From Polyangiales bacterium (GTDB lineage Bacteria > Myxococcota_A > Polyangia > Polyangiales > Ga0077539): DNA of 64,000 nt. The notes under the pieces were generated by a model that saw only the letters and a program-made list of their open reading frames with translations, did no database searches and was not told where the DNA came from. Position numbers and translations under genes: made by a program. The number at the start of each line of letters is the position of its first letter. The first letter of the stretch is position 1. Of this stretch, positions 31,027 through 41,579 are shown in pieces. The stretch is from positions 1 to 64,000 of the forward strand of contig JBGARZ010000013.1 of the NCBI GenBank assembly GCA_044229975.1, given 5' to 3'.

Positions 31027-33705
31027 TCAGCGCTGGAGGAAGATCGGGTTGCTCACCGCGAACGCCATGCGCCGCGGGAACACCGGCTGCAGCTCCTGGC
31101 CGTGCACCGCGACCACCACCCAGCTCCCCGCGGTAGCCACCGGGACGCGCACCGTGTTGCGGTAGCGCACCACCGGGTCGCTCGGGTCGCTCGTGCTCGC
31201 GTCGAGCGTGATCGTCGGCTGCGCCGTCCCGTCGACGAACACCTGCATCCGGTCGGCGCGGACCCAGGTCGGGGCGCGCGCGACGATCTCCAGGCGCGCC
31301 TCTGCGCCCGCACCGGTGAGCTCCTGCCCCGGGCCCGCCGAGGTTGCGTCGCCCGTCATCGGGAGCGCGCGCACGTCGAGGAAGACCCCGCCCGAGATGG
31401 TCGAGCGCCCTGTGCCGACGGCCGTGCCGACCGCCTGCGGGGTGGCGGCCATCGGGTCGCTGGTGCCGAGCGCCATGCAGGTGCGCGGGAAGCCCACCGG
31501 CGAGCTGCTCAGGTGGTGGCTGTCCGACGAGCCCACCGCGAACACCCGGCGCCCGTGGCGCAGGAAGGAGAACCAGTCGGCGACGGTGGTGGCGTTCTGC
31601 TCGAAGGAGCTGTCGTTGAAGAACTCCACCGCGGTGAACTGCGTGTCCCACATCGAGGCGTTGGCCGTCCCCGCGTCGGGGTCGTAGCCCGCGGCCGTGA
31701 AGTACGATCCCGCGGCGCCCCCGCGCGGGTGGTTGATGACGAGCGTCGGACGCTCGGGCCGCGCGCGCACGTCCGCGAACACCGCGGGCGGAAGCCGGTT
31801 GGCCCACTCGAAGGGGCCGTTGTTCACGCGGCTCGGGTCGGGCGTCAGCGGGAACACCCCGAAGTGCCCGTACGTGAACGTCGTCAGCTCGATGGACCCG
31901 AGACCGCGCACGTAGCGCTGCAACCCCATCTCCTCGATGAGCGGCTGGAAATCCATGACCCACTCGTGGTCGGACCGGGCCATCACCTCCAGGCCGTCGG
32001 CCACGCCCGCCGAGAGCTTGTAGCGCGCGTCGTCGTCCGAGTCGGCCGAGCGGATCGTGTGGATGTGGAAGTCGCCGCAGAGCACGCCCGGCGTGGTCAC
32101 CACGCGGCGCAGCGAGGCCGTGACCGGCGTCGTCATCCCCGCGGTCACCGTCACCATCGTGTCCGACAGCTCGTAGAACGGCCCTCGCGACACCACCACC
32201 CGGTACTGCCCCGGGGGCGCCGGCAGCGTCACCCGACCGCTCGTCGGAAACGCCACGTGCAGCCGGCCGAACTCCGGCACCTGCTCGCCGTGGCTCTCGG
32301 GCAGCGACGGCGGCGTCGCCCCGATGGGGATCACCTGCACCCGCGCCGGCAGGAGGTCGTTGGAGACCGCGTCGCGCGTCTCGACGGAGATCGATCCCGC
32401 GGCCGGAAACTGGAGCGTCGCCGTGGTCTGCTCGTTGGCCACGGGCACCGCCGGGGTCGGCGCGCTGCCCGCCCGCCACGCCAGCATCCGAACGGCGCCT
32501 GCGGGGACGCGCAGCTCGACGCGGCCCATGGCGTCGGCGGTGGCGCGGTCGAGGTACGTCGCGCCGTCGGGCGAGGTGACGTGCACCCGCGCGCCCGCGA
32601 CAGGCTGACCCGCGGCGTCGGTGACGGTCACCGTGACGGGTCGCAGCGTCGTGCCGCGCGAGGCCGCGATGGTGCGCTGTAGCCCGTCGAGGCCGGGGCC
32701 GCCGATGGCGATGCGGGCGTAGTGGACGCGGGTGCGGCTGCACGCCCCGAAGGTGAGCGACGGCGTGGAGTACATGTTGAAGCCCGACACGGCGAGCAGG
32801 GGCGTGAGCATCCCGCGGGACTCGGGGATCATCCACGCCCAGCTCGTGGCCTGCTCGTCGATCCACCCCACGAAGGGCGTCGGCCCCGCGGCGCCGCTGG
32901 CCTCGGTGAAGCCGCGGCCGGGGACGAAGAGCCCGACGCGGTTGGCCCCGAAGAAGCCGTTGAGGACGGTGCGCGCCACCGTGGTGTCGAGCCGCGGGAC
33001 GTCGAAGGTGATGTAGACCTCGACGACGTCGCTGTCGCCGCGGAGCTCGTAGTCCACCGCCGTGTTGACGTCCGCGTAGTCGGCCGGAGCGATGTTGTAG
33101 GCAAACTCGTTGATGAAGGGGATCGGTGCGAGCGGGCCCACCGCGCGCACCACGGCGGGCATCCCGTCGCGGCCGTCGCGCAGCACCGTCACCGACTCCG
33201 CGCGCTGCGCGAAGCGCCCGAGGCCCATGGACACCTCGCCGAAGTCCCCGGCGTCGACGAGGCGCCCGTCGCGCACGGCCGTCACGCCCACGGGCCTGCC
33301 GCCCCAGACGTCATAGCCCGCCGACGGGCGCGCGGTCTCGATGAGCAGCGCGACGCGGCTGTTGGCCAGCACGTAGTCGCCCGCCTGCCAGGTGTTGAGC
33401 CCCGTCCGGTCGACCGGCAGCATCGCCGTCGTGAGGCGCCCCGCGCGCGCCGCCCCCGCCGGGACCATCACCGGGTCGGGCGCCCCCTCGGCCGAGCCCC
33501 GCTCGAAGGGTGGCGGAGCGCTCGGACACTCGGTCGGACCGGTGTCCTCCAACGCACCACCGTCGTCGAGCGCGTCGGCGGTCGCGCCGTCCATGGAGGA
33601 AGCCCCATCGGAGCCGCCCGCGTCGCGTGCCGGCTCGGCCGGAGAGTCATCACTGCACGACGCCAGCACCGTCAGTCCCACGAGCCCAAACCACCCTGCG
33701 CGCAT
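31027..33705 (-). CDS. Lipoprotein with Ig-like modules and a CehA/McbA-type PHP metallohydrolase domain
   Basis: Lipobox LASC; GDFHIHT, SDH, GHFG, INHPR, GSSDSH. Confidence 0.88.
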   Translation of the reverse strand: MRAGWFGLVGLTVLASCSDDSPAEPARDAGGSDGASSMDGATADALDDGGALEDTGPTECPSAPPPFERGSAEGAPDPVMVPAGAARAGRLTTAMLPVDRTGLNTWQAGDYVLANSRVALLIETARPSAGYDVWGGRPVGVTAVRDGRLVDAGDFGEVSMGLGRFAQRAESVTVLRDGRDGMPAVVRAVGPLAPIPFINEFAYNIAPADYADVNTAVDYELRGDSDVVEVYITFDVPRLDTTVARTVLNGFFGANRVGLFVPGRGFTEASGAAGPTPFVGWIDEQATSWAWMIPESRGMLTPLLAVSGFNMYSTPSLTFGACSRTRVHYARIAIGGPGLDGLQRTIAASRGTTLRPVTVTVTDAAGQPVAGARVHVTSPDGATYLDRATADAMGRVELRVPAGAVRMLAWRAGSAPTPAVPVANEQTTATLQFPAAGSISVETRDAVSNDLLPARVQVIPIGATPPSLPESHGEQVPEFGRLHVAFPTSGRVTLPAPPGQYRVVVSRGPFYELSDTMVTVTAGMTTPVTASLRRVVTTPGVLCGDFHIHTIRSADSDDDARYKLSAGVADGLEVMARSDHEWVMDFQPLIEEMGLQRYVRGLGSIELTTFTYGHFGVFPLTPDPSRVNNGPFEWANRLPPAVFADVRARPERPTLVINHPRGGAAGSYFTAAGYDPDAGTANASMWDTQFTAVEFFNDSSFEQNATTVADWFSFLRHGRRVFAVGSSDSHHLSSSPVGFPRTCMALGTSDPMAATPQAVGTAVGTGRSTISGGVFLDVRALPMTGDATSAGPGQELTGAGAEARLEIVARAPTWVRADRMQVFVDGTAQPTITLDASTSDPSDPVVRYRNTVRVPVATAGSWVVVAVHGQELQPVFPRRMAFAVSNPIFLQR

Positions 33706-33799
33706 GGCCGCGAGTCTGGCACCCTTCTGTCACAAACAGAACGCTCTCCCGCTTGTCACGGGTGATGGGCGTCGTGGATGTTGTGCCGCACCACTCCCC

Positions 33800-34981
33800 A
33801 TGAGCACCGCGTCGCCCTTCGCCCTCGACCCCACGGTCACCTTCCTCAACCACGGGTCCTTCGGGGCCACGCCGCGCGTCGTGCTCGCCGCGCAGGACGC
33901 CCTTCGCGCCCGAATGGAGGCGCAGCCGGTGCAGTTTCTCGTACGCGACCTGGAGACCCTGCTCGACGAGTCGCGGCGCGCACTCGGGGCCTTCGTCGAC
34001 GCTCCGCCCGACGACCTGGTGTTTGTCCCCAACGCCACGCACGCGGTCAACGCGGTGCTGCAATCGCTGGTGCTCTCGCCCGGCGACGAGGTCGTCGTGA
34101 CCAACCACGGCTACGCCGCCTGCACCAACGCCGCGCGCTACGCCGCCGAGCGATCGGGGGCGCGCGTGGTCACGGCGGAGGTCCCCTTTCCGCTGCGCTC
34201 TCCCGGCGCGGTGCTCGACGCCATCACGCGCGTGATGAGCGGCCGCACCCGCCTCGTGCTGGTCGACCACGTCACGTCTCCGACGGCGCTGGTGTTTCCG
34301 GTCGAGGACATCGTCCACGTGTGTCAGCGCGCCGGGGTCGACGTGCTCGTCGACGGGGCCCACGCGCCTGGCATGGTGCCGCTGTCGCTGCGCTCGCTGG
34401 GCGCGGCGTTCTACACGGGCAACCTGCACAAGTGGGTGTGCGCGCCGAAGGGAGCGGCCTTCCTGCACGTCCACCCGAGCCAGCAGCACCGGGTGCGCCC
34501 GCTGGTGATCTCCCACGGCGCGAGCTCGACACGCACCGACCGCTCGCGCCTCTCCATCGAGTTCAATTGGATGGGCACCGTCGACCCCACGGCGACGCTC
34601 TGCATCCCCGACGCGCTGCGCTTCATGGGCGCTCTCTTGCCGGGCGGATGGGACGCCCTCTACGACGCCAACCACACGCTCGCGCTCGACGCCCGCGCGG
34701 TGCTCTGCGAGGCGCTCGGCGTCGCGGAGCCCGCGCCCGCCTCGATGATCGGATCGATGGCCACGGTGCCGTTGCCCGCCGCGCGCTTCCGTCCCACGCG
34801 CAGCCGCGAGCCCGTCTACGACGACGGCCTGCAAGAGCGGTTGTGGGAGCAGCACCGCATCGAGGTGCCGGTGATGCCCTGGGGGACGCCGCCCGGGTTG
34901 CTGCTGCGGGTGAGCGCGCAGAGCGCCTACAACGACCTCGCGCAGTACCGGAAGCTGGCCGAGGCCCTCAGCCGGGTGTAG
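33800..34981 (+). CDS. Class V PLP enzyme (isopenicillin-N epimerase / C-S lyase-like)
   Basis: FLNHGSFGA, VDGAHAPG, GNLHKW. Confidence 0.9.
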   Translation: MSTASPFALDPTVTFLNHGSFGATPRVVLAAQDALRARMEAQPVQFLVRDLETLLDESRRALGAFVDAPPDDLVFVPNATHAVNAVLQSLVLSPGDEVVVTNHGYAACTNAARYAAERSGARVVTAEVPFPLRSPGAVLDAITRVMSGRTRLVLVDHVTSPTALVFPVEDIVHVCQRAGVDVLVDGAHAPGMVPLSLRSLGAAFYTGNLHKWVCAPKGAAFLHVHPSQQHRVRPLVISHGASSTRTDRSRLSIEFNWMGTVDPTATLCIPDALRFMGALLPGGWDALYDANHTLALDARAVLCEALGVAEPAPASMIGSMATVPLPAARFRPTRSREPVYDDGLQERLWEQHRIEVPVMPWGTPPGLLLRVSAQSAYNDLAQYRKLAEALSRV

Positions 34982-35426
34982 CGCCCCAGCGGTAGCGGGC
35001 GATGGCGGCGCGCGCGCCCTGCGTGCAGAGGTCGAGCACACGATCGAAGTCCGAAGGCCCGCCGTAATAGGGATCGGGCACGGGCGCGTCGCCGAGGAGG
35101 AGGGCGAGCTTCGCGCGGTGCGCCGCGGGGCAGCGGGCGCGCAGCTCGGCGAGGTTGTCGTCGTCCATGCACCAGAGGTGATCGAAGCGGACAAAGTCGT
35201 CGGCGTGGACGGCCCGCGCGCGATGCGCCGAGAGGTCGATGCCGCGGAGCTTCGCGTGGCGGACGGAGCGAGCGTCCGCGGAGGCGCCCAGGTGGTACGA
35301 GGCGGTGCCCGCGCTCTCGACGTGGACGTCCGTAGCGCCGACGAGGGCGAGCTCGTGGCGCAGCACGGCGGCGGCGGTGGGCGAGCGGCAGATGTTTCCC
35401 AGACAGACCATGAGCACGGAGGTCAT
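34968..35426 (-). CDS. Low-molecular-weight protein tyrosine phosphatase
   Basis: CLGNICRSP, SAGT, VPDPYYG. Confidence 0.96.
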   Translation of the reverse strand: MTSVLMVCLGNICRSPTAAAVLRHELALVGATDVHVESAGTASYHLGASADARSVRHAKLRGIDLSAHRARAVHADDFVRFDHLWCMDDDNLAELRARCPAAHRAKLALLLGDAPVPDPYYGGPSDFDRVLDLCTQGARAAIARYRWGATPG

Positions 35427-35636
35427 CGCGCGGAGGGTTCTACTACCGTCCGATGGTCTCTGGCATCACGTCCAAACGCTGGCCCACCAGCGGAAACGCG
35501 ACGTCGTGCGGCGAGCTTCGCGAGGCCGACGGGCTCGCGGCGGGTGTGTCGCGTCCAACTTCGACGCGAGTCCAACGCACCACGAAATGCGGGCGAAACC
35601 GCGGTGGCGTCGATGGAGTGGGTGCGCCGTCTGCGG

Positions 35637-35652
35637 TGGCACGCGTGGTGCT
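35637..35652 (+). promoter_or_regulatory. Sigma-54 (-24/-12) promoter candidate for hcp
   Basis: TGGCACGCGTGGTGCT = GG-N10-GC, ~85 bp upstream of the hcp ATG. Confidence 0.6.
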
Positions 35653-35736
35653 CAAGGTCTCTCCGCCGAACGCAGCGGGTTGCAGGCACCCGGCGCTCGA
35701 AGATCCCTACCCAGAAGACCTGCACGAGAGACCATC

Positions 35737-36228
35737 ATGGCCGAAACCGTACATCTCTACCTCAAGGCGAACGGCGCGGAGATCAAGGGCGAGAGCACGC
35801 AGACGAGCCTCGGGCGCGCCGACTCCATCGAGTGCGTGTACTACGAGCAGGCCACGAAGACGGTGCGGGAGAAGGGCTCGGGGCTCGCGCTCGGCCGTCG
35901 GCAGTACGAGCCGATGATCATCCGCAAGCGCATCGATCGCTCGTCGCCGCTGCTGGTGAAGGCGATGGCGGACAACCAGCGCATCGAGGCGAAGTTCAAG
36001 TTCTTCCGCCCGTCGCCCGCGGGCGACGGGACGACGGAGCAGTTCTACACGGTGGAGATCAGCGGCGGGCGCATCGCGTCGGTGAAGCAGATCGTGCCCG
36101 ACTCGCTCGTCCCGGCGACCTCCACCGAGCCGCCGCTCGAGGAGATCACCATCGTCGTCCACACCATCCGGTGGGCGTACGAGCCCACCGGCGCCGAACA
36201 CCAGGACAGCTGGGACCAGAACGCCTGA
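35737..36228 (+). CDS. hcp: Type VI secretion tube protein Hcp/TssD (orphan in this window)
   Basis: IKGES..GR..SIE, G.RQYEP..IRKRIDRSSPLL, EQFYTVEI, EEITIV...IRW. Confidence 0.92.
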   Translation: MAETVHLYLKANGAEIKGESTQTSLGRADSIECVYYEQATKTVREKGSGLALGRRQYEPMIIRKRIDRSSPLLVKAMADNQRIEAKFKFFRPSPAGDGTTEQFYTVEISGGRIASVKQIVPDSLVPATSTEPPLEEITIVVHTIRWAYEPTGAEHQDSWDQNA

Positions 36229-36319
36229 GCGGGATCGGACGGGGGTAACGCGCACGAGGAGACGGTCGCCCCGACGATGCGTCGTCGCGGGCGGCCGATG
36301 ACTCGACGACCCTCACGCC

Positions 36320-36634
36320 ATGGCGCTCGTGATGAAGAACATCGAGGCCCGCGTGCGAGCGGCGGTGGCCGGGCGACGCCCCCCGTCTCGGTCGTGGAGC
36401 CACACTTCCCGGTCCTGCCAGAGTTTCGAGGCACCTCGTACTCGCAGCGCTACGAGCTGTTGTTGAGGAAGCTCGTCCTGGAGCAGCTCTACGACCGGGC
36501 CGCCTTCCTGATGTCGACGGAAGCTCAGGGTCTCCCGGGGTATCTACGCAGAGCCCGCCGCCGACCTGACCATGCGACGGTTGCTCGCTGGCCTCGTCGC
36601 GCACGTGGCGGCAGAGGCAGCAGGCGCGGGATGA
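36320..36634 (+). pseudogene. XhoI/PaeR7I-family restriction endonuclease remnant (internal deletion and frameshift)
   Basis: MALVMKNIEARVRAAVA joined to PVSVVEPHFPVLPEFRGTSYSQRYELLLRKLVLEQLYDRA, then shifted to YAEPAADLTMRRLLAGLVAHVAAEA*. Confidence 0.78.
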
Positions 36635-37503
36635 CGACGCAGCTCTCGATGAACTTCCCGGTCTCGCTTCCCGCCAACGCCTATGCCTACGGCGAGCGGG
36701 CGAGCGGCGAGACGCACGGCGTCGTCCTGACCCGTCGACACATCGTCGACCTGATGCTCGACCTCGCGGGGTGCACCGCCGACCGCGACCTCACGGCCCT
36801 CACGCTGCTCCAACCGGCTTGCGGTCTTGGCGCCTTCCTCGTTCCCGCGGTGGAGAGGCTGCTCGACGCCGCAGAGCGATTGGGGCGCTCGCCCGACAAG
36901 CTCCAACACGCCATCCGCGCCTTCGACGTCGACCCCGCTCACGTCGCCGAATCGCGGGAGCGCCTTCACGAAGTCCTCACCCGACGCGGCGTCTCCCGGT
37001 CTCGAGCAAAGGCGCTCGTCGAAGCCTGGATCACTCCATGGGGACTTCCTCCTCGCCTCGTTGAAATCCGGTTTCGACGTCGTGATTGGCAACCCTCCCT
37101 ACGTCCGCATCGAGCAGATCGCGCCGACCCTCCAGGCGGAGTACCGCGCGCGCTACACCACTCTCCATGACCGCGCCGACCTCTACGTCGCGTTCATCGA
37201 GCGAGGCCTCCATCTGCTCGCGCCAGACGGGGTCCTCTGCTTCATCTGCGCCGACCGTTGGGTGCTCAACAAGTACGGCGCACCCCTGCGCGGCCTCATC
37301 GCAAAGCACTACCTCCGCTTTCAGGCGCAGTACCTGCGGCGCATTCGCGTGCCCGCCCCAAGGACAACATCGCAGCGCCGCTGCGACGGTCGTTGCGCGA
37401 TGCGTTCCGTCGCAGGGACTTCCAGCGGCTGGATGCGTTGGCGTTGCAGGTCTTCGGACTGGAGTCGCTGCCGGAGTTCAACTTCGTCGACAGCCGCCGG
37501 TAG
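36631..37503 (+). pseudogene. Cognate N6-adenine methyltransferase remnant (M.XhoI/M.PaeR7I-like)
   Basis: LLQPACGLGAFL; frameshift ~37035; FDVVIGNPPYVR, RADLYVAFIE, ICADRW..NKYG joined directly to YLRFQAQYLRRIR; second shift ~37360. Confidence 0.85.
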
Positions 37504-37512
37504 ACGCCTGGC

Positions 37513-38586
37513 TCACCGCCCCTGCCGTGACGGCCAGCGCTCTGCCATGCGCTTCGCCTGCGGCGGGTCGGTGAGCACCAGCAGGTGGTCGCCCGCCCCG
37601 ATGACCGTGTCGCCCTTCGGATGCGTCAGCACCTCGAACGTCGCGCCCTTCGCCTTGCCCAACCCCACCAGCAGCGGCCCGTCGAACTCCAGCAGCGTCG
37701 CGCGCACCTCGGCCACGGTGCGCCCCGCGAAGGGTTCCGCGCTGTACTGCCGCAGGTCGAAGCCATCTGCGCCGGTGCTCACGTCTTCGAGCATCCGCGC
37801 CACCTCCGGCTCGAAGGCCGCGCTCGCCACCAGGCGCCCCGAGAACTCCGCCGGCGACGCCACATAGGTCACCCCGCTCGCGATGAGCGTCTTGCGCAGC
37901 TCCGGCGCGTGAACCGCCACCACGATGCGCAGCTCGGGGTTGATCGCGCGGAGGTTGAGCGTCGCCACGATGTTGCGCGTGTCGTCGTCGAAGGCCACCA
38001 CCGCGCTCTCGGCCGCCCGCGCGTTGAGCCGCTCGTCGAGCACGTCCTGCGTCGCGTCGCCGGACGTCACGAACAACACCCCGTCGCCCGCCATCGCCCT
38101 CGCCCGCGAGATCTCGTCGAGCTTGCTGCACAGCAGCGCGACCTTCCGCTCCGCCGCGAGCAGCTCGGTCACCGCCGAGCGCGCGATGTCGCCGAAGCCG
38201 CAGACCACCACATGCCCCTTCAGGGTCGTCCCGATGAGCCCCTCTCGCTCCATGCGCCTCACCTCCGCGACGGCGTCGTTGATCGCCGTCAGTAGAAACC
38301 CGATGGTCGTCAGCGTCAGCAGGATGAACACCCCGGTGATGGCCCGCCCCGCCGACGTCACCGGGTACACGTCGCCGTAGCCCACCGTCGCGAGCGTCAC
38401 CACGCCGAACCACGCCGCGTCCGCCAGCGTCTCGATCTTCGATCCCGGCGCGCCGCGCTCGGCCAACCACACCGACAGCGTCTGTGCCGCGCAGAGCACC
38501 GTGAACGCCACCGTCACCGGCGCCACCCGCTGCCGCGTCAGCGCCCACGCCACCCCCCACCGGCCGCGCTTCTTCGGCGCTCGCAT
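37513..38586 (-). CDS. Potassium channel with RCK/TrkA-N domain
   Basis: TLATVGYGD filter; HVVVCGFGDIA. Confidence 0.93.
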   Translation of the reverse strand: MRAPKKRGRWGVAWALTRQRVAPVTVAFTVLCAAQTLSVWLAERGAPGSKIETLADAAWFGVVTLATVGYGDVYPVTSAGRAITGVFILLTLTTIGFLLTAINDAVAEVRRMEREGLIGTTLKGHVVVCGFGDIARSAVTELLAAERKVALLCSKLDEISRARAMAGDGVLFVTSGDATQDVLDERLNARAAESAVVAFDDDTRNIVATLNLRAINPELRIVVAVHAPELRKTLIASGVTYVASPAEFSGRLVASAAFEPEVARMLEDVSTGADGFDLRQYSAEPFAGRTVAEVRATLLEFDGPLLVGLGKAKGATFEVLTHPKGDTVIGAGDHLLVLTDPPQAKRMAERWPSRQGR

Positions 38587-38696
38587 GCTCACGAAGCTAC
38601 ATCCCTCCCATGGTGTCGGCGGTATCTCACGGCGCGGCGGAGCGCCATACTACGGACAGCCCGCGCGGCGACAGAAGCGTGATACACGGCCCAGCC

Positions 38697-39431
38697 GTGA
38701 GCGCACGACACGTCCTCCTCGACAGCCCCGCCCTCGGGCGCAAGGCGCACCTCTGGCGCTTCGGCGAAGTCGGCCGACCGCTGCTGGTCTTCCCCTCCAA
38801 CGCCGGGGTCGCCCACGAGTGGCAGCAGAGCGGAATGATCGACGCACTCGGCCCCCTCCTCGCCGAACGGAGGCTCAAGATCTACTGCCCCGAGACCAAC
38901 GTCTCCCGCAGCTTCTCGGGCAAGGGCAGCCTCGACGAGCGCATGGCCCACCACCGCGCCTACGAGCGCTTCGTCCTCGACACGCTCGTCCCCTTCATCC
39001 GCCGCGACTGCAACTCACCGGGCGCTCCGATCGTCACCACCGGGTGCAGCGTCGGCGCGCTGTACGCGTCGCTCTTCGTGCTCAAGCACCCGGAGACCTT
39101 CCCGCAGGCGCTCTGCCTCTCCGGGCGCTACCGCGCGAGCCGACTCTTCGACGGCGCCTCCAACGAGGACGTCTACTTCAATGACCCGCTCGCCTTCCTG
39201 CCCAACCTCGAAGGCGCGGCGCTGGAGCGCGTCCGTCGGCAGGCGCACATCATCGCCGTGGTCGGGCGGGGCGCGCACGAGGCGGGCTGCATCCCCGAGA
39301 CCGTCGAGCTCGGCGCCAACCTGCGGCGCAAGGGCATCCCCCACCACCTCGCCCTCTGGGGCCACGACAGCGCCCACGACTATACCTGGTGGCGTAAGCA
39401 GGCCGTCCACTACCTCAGCCAGATCTTCTGA
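38697..39431 (+). CDS. Esterase-family alpha/beta hydrolase
   Basis: G.P.LVFP, GCSVGA, LSGRY, HD..WW. Confidence 0.85.
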   Translation: MSARHVLLDSPALGRKAHLWRFGEVGRPLLVFPSNAGVAHEWQQSGMIDALGPLLAERRLKIYCPETNVSRSFSGKGSLDERMAHHRAYERFVLDTLVPFIRRDCNSPGAPIVTTGCSVGALYASLFVLKHPETFPQALCLSGRYRASRLFDGASNEDVYFNDPLAFLPNLEGAALERVRRQAHIIAVVGRGAHEAGCIPETVELGANLRRKGIPHHLALWGHDSAHDYTWWRKQAVHYLSQIF

Positions 39432-39467
39432 CGGCGCCGCGGTAGGCTACGAGCCATCCCCCCGCCC

Positions 39468-40769
39468 ATGGACCAAGACACCCTCCCCAGGCCCGCCAAC
39501 CCGGCCCCGCTCGCGCAGACCGTCATCGCGCCCACCGACCGGGCGCCCTCGCACGACGGCAACACCCAGGTCGAACGCGCTGACGCCGCGGTCGAGATCG
39601 TCGCCACGGCTGGAGGCGCGCGGTCGACCATCCTGCCGAGGGTGGAGTTTGTCGGGGAGGTCCCGCGGCTGGTGGTCGAAGCGAGGGAGCGCTTCGAGGC
39701 CGCGAAGGTGCTCGGGCGCGGCGGCGGCGGCGAGGTGCTGCTCGCGCGCGACAACGACATCGACCGCCCGGTGGCCCTCAAGCGACTGCTCCCCGAGCTG
39801 GCGGGCGGAGCGTCCATCGTCGCCCGCTTCGTCGAGGAGATCAGGGTGCTCGGCCGCCTCGACCACCCCAACATCGTGCCCATCCACGACGTCGGGCTCG
39901 ACGCCGACGGCCGCTACTTCTACGTGATGAAGTTCGTCGACGGCGAGACCCTCGAACACGTCATCGAGAAGCTCGCCGCGGGCGACCCCGATTACCATCG
40001 GCAGTACTCCTTCGAGCGGCGCACGGAGGTGTTTCTCCAGATCTTGCGGGGGGTGCAGTACGCCCACGCGCAGGGCGTCCTGCACCGCGACCTCAAGCCC
40101 GCCAACGTCATGATCGGGCGCTTCGGCGAGGTCGTCGTGATGGACTGGGGCCTCGCCCGCAGCCGCGAGGAGTCCAAGCGCTTCCCCGTCGACGACAAGC
40201 ACAGGACGCTCACCGCGCCGAAGCGCGGCAACGGCAACGACAAGCTCCAGACCATGGAGGGCTCGCTGCTCGGAACGCCCGCGTACATGTCCCCCGAGCA
40301 GGCCCGCGGCGAGGTCGCCAACCTCGACGAGCGCAGCGACGTGTACTCGCTGAGCGTGATGTTCCACGAGCTGCTCACGCTGCGGCACTACCTCCATGAC
40401 AAGCAGGGCGTGACCGAGTGCATCGCCGGCGTGCTGCGCGACCCGGTGCCACCCGCGGGGCACGCGACCCACGCCCACCAGCGCGGCGTGCCGGCCGAGC
40501 TCGGGCACTTCCTCACCCCCGGCGTCGCCAAGAACGCCGATGAGCGCTACCGCTCCATCACCGCGATGATCGACGTGCTCCAGTCCATCCGCGACGGCAA
40601 GGTGCCGGTGCATTGCAGCTCGACGTTCATGAAGCGCATGGGCGCCGAGACGATGCACGCCGTCGATCGCAACCCGCGGCGGCTCATGGTCATCGCCACG
40701 GTGGTGCTGCTGCTCGGGCTCGTCGGGCTCGTCGCCGTCGTCTGGTGGACGCACCTCGCGATGCAGTGA
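39468..40769 (+). CDS. Membrane-anchored Ser/Thr protein kinase
   Basis: [35 protein letters not shown]-terminal TM helix. Confidence 0.95.
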   Translation: MDQDTLPRPANPAPLAQTVIAPTDRAPSHDGNTQVERADAAVEIVATAGGARSTILPRVEFVGEVPRLVVEARERFEAAKVLGRGGGGEVLLARDNDIDRPVALKRLLPELAGGASIVARFVEEIRVLGRLDHPNIVPIHDVGLDADGRYFYVMKFVDGETLEHVIEKLAAGDPDYHRQYSFERRTEVFLQILRGVQYAHAQGVLHRDLKPANVMIGRFGEVVVMDWGLARSREESKRFPVDDKHRTLTAPKRGNGNDKLQTMEGSLLGTPAYMSPEQARGEVANLDERSDVYSLSVMFHELLTLRHYLHDKQGVTECIAGVLRDPVPPAGHATHAHQRGVPAELGHFLTPGVAKNADERYRSITAMIDVLQSIRDGKVPVHCSSTFMKRMGAETMHAVDRNPRRLMVIATVVLLLGLVGLVAVVWWTHLAMQ

Positions 40770-40810
40770 GCCTCTGGCTCGCACCCGCGGTCGGTGCCAG
40801 AGTCGGCGCC

Positions 40811-41458
40811 ATGTTCTTCTCCGACAAGACCAGGATGCCCTCCCCCGACGACGCGCTGCCGGGTCGCGCCGCGCGCATGCCCGTCCCCGCGAAGCACACC
40901 GTGCTCGACGCACCGCTCGACGCGGCCTTCCCCGGAATGGCCACCGCGATGTTCGGCCTCGGGTGCTTCTGGGGCGCCGAGCGCAAGTTCTGGAAGGTGC
41001 CCGGCGTGGTCTCCACCGCGGTGGGCTACGCCGCGGGGTACACGCCCAACCCTACTTACGAAGAGGTCTGCACCGGGCGCACCGGCCACAACGAGGTCGT
41101 GCGCGTGGTGTATGACCCCGCGAAGGTCTCCTACGAGACGCTGCTCAAGACCTTCTGGGAGAACCACGACCCCACCCAGGGCATGCGCCAGGGCGGCGAC
41201 GTCGGCACCCAGTATCGCTCCGGCATCTACGTCTTCGACGACGCTCAGCGCGCCGCGGCGGAGAGCTCGAAGTCGGCCTACGGCGCCGCGCTCAAGATCG
41301 CCGGCAAGGGAACCATCACCACCGAGGTGCTCCCCGCGCCGACGTTCTATTTCGCCGAGGACTACCACCAGCAGTACCTGGACAAGAATCCAGGCGGTTA
41401 CTGCGGCCTCGGTGGCACCGGTGTCGTGTGCCCTATCGGCACCGGCGTCCACGCCTAG
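40811..41458 (+). CDS. msrA: Peptide-methionine (S)-S-oxide reductase
   Basis: [41 protein letters not shown]. Confidence 0.98.
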   Translation: MFFSDKTRMPSPDDALPGRAARMPVPAKHTVLDAPLDAAFPGMATAMFGLGCFWGAERKFWKVPGVVSTAVGYAAGYTPNPTYEEVCTGRTGHNEVVRVVYDPAKVSYETLLKTFWENHDPTQGMRQGGDVGTQYRSGIYVFDDAQRAAAESSKSAYGAALKIAGKGTITTEVLPAPTFYFAEDYHQQYLDKNPGGYCGLGGTGVVCPIGTGVHA

Positions 41459-41523
41459 ACTCGCGCGTCAGTCGCGACCTCACCGACGCATCGCGCCAAC
41501 GCACCTCGTCATCGGTTGATATC

Positions 41524-41539
41524 GGGCGCGCTCGTTGCG
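41524..41539 (+). promoter_or_regulatory. Weak sigma-54-like promoter upstream of pfa1
   Basis: GGGCGCGCTCGTTGCG has GG-N10-GC spacing. Confidence 0.3.
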
Positions 41540-41579
41540 CCGTGCCCTAGCGTCCGAAATTGAGATATGAGGCGCGCCC

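Noticed and set aside
33800..34981. Beta-lactam or ergothioneine pathway
   Set aside because: Only a generic class V PLP enzyme; no partner genes in the window
40135..40155. Kinase DWG instead of DFG as a pseudokinase sign
   Set aside because: Catalytic Lys, HRDLK and the Mg-binding Asp are intact; DWG is a known bacterial variant
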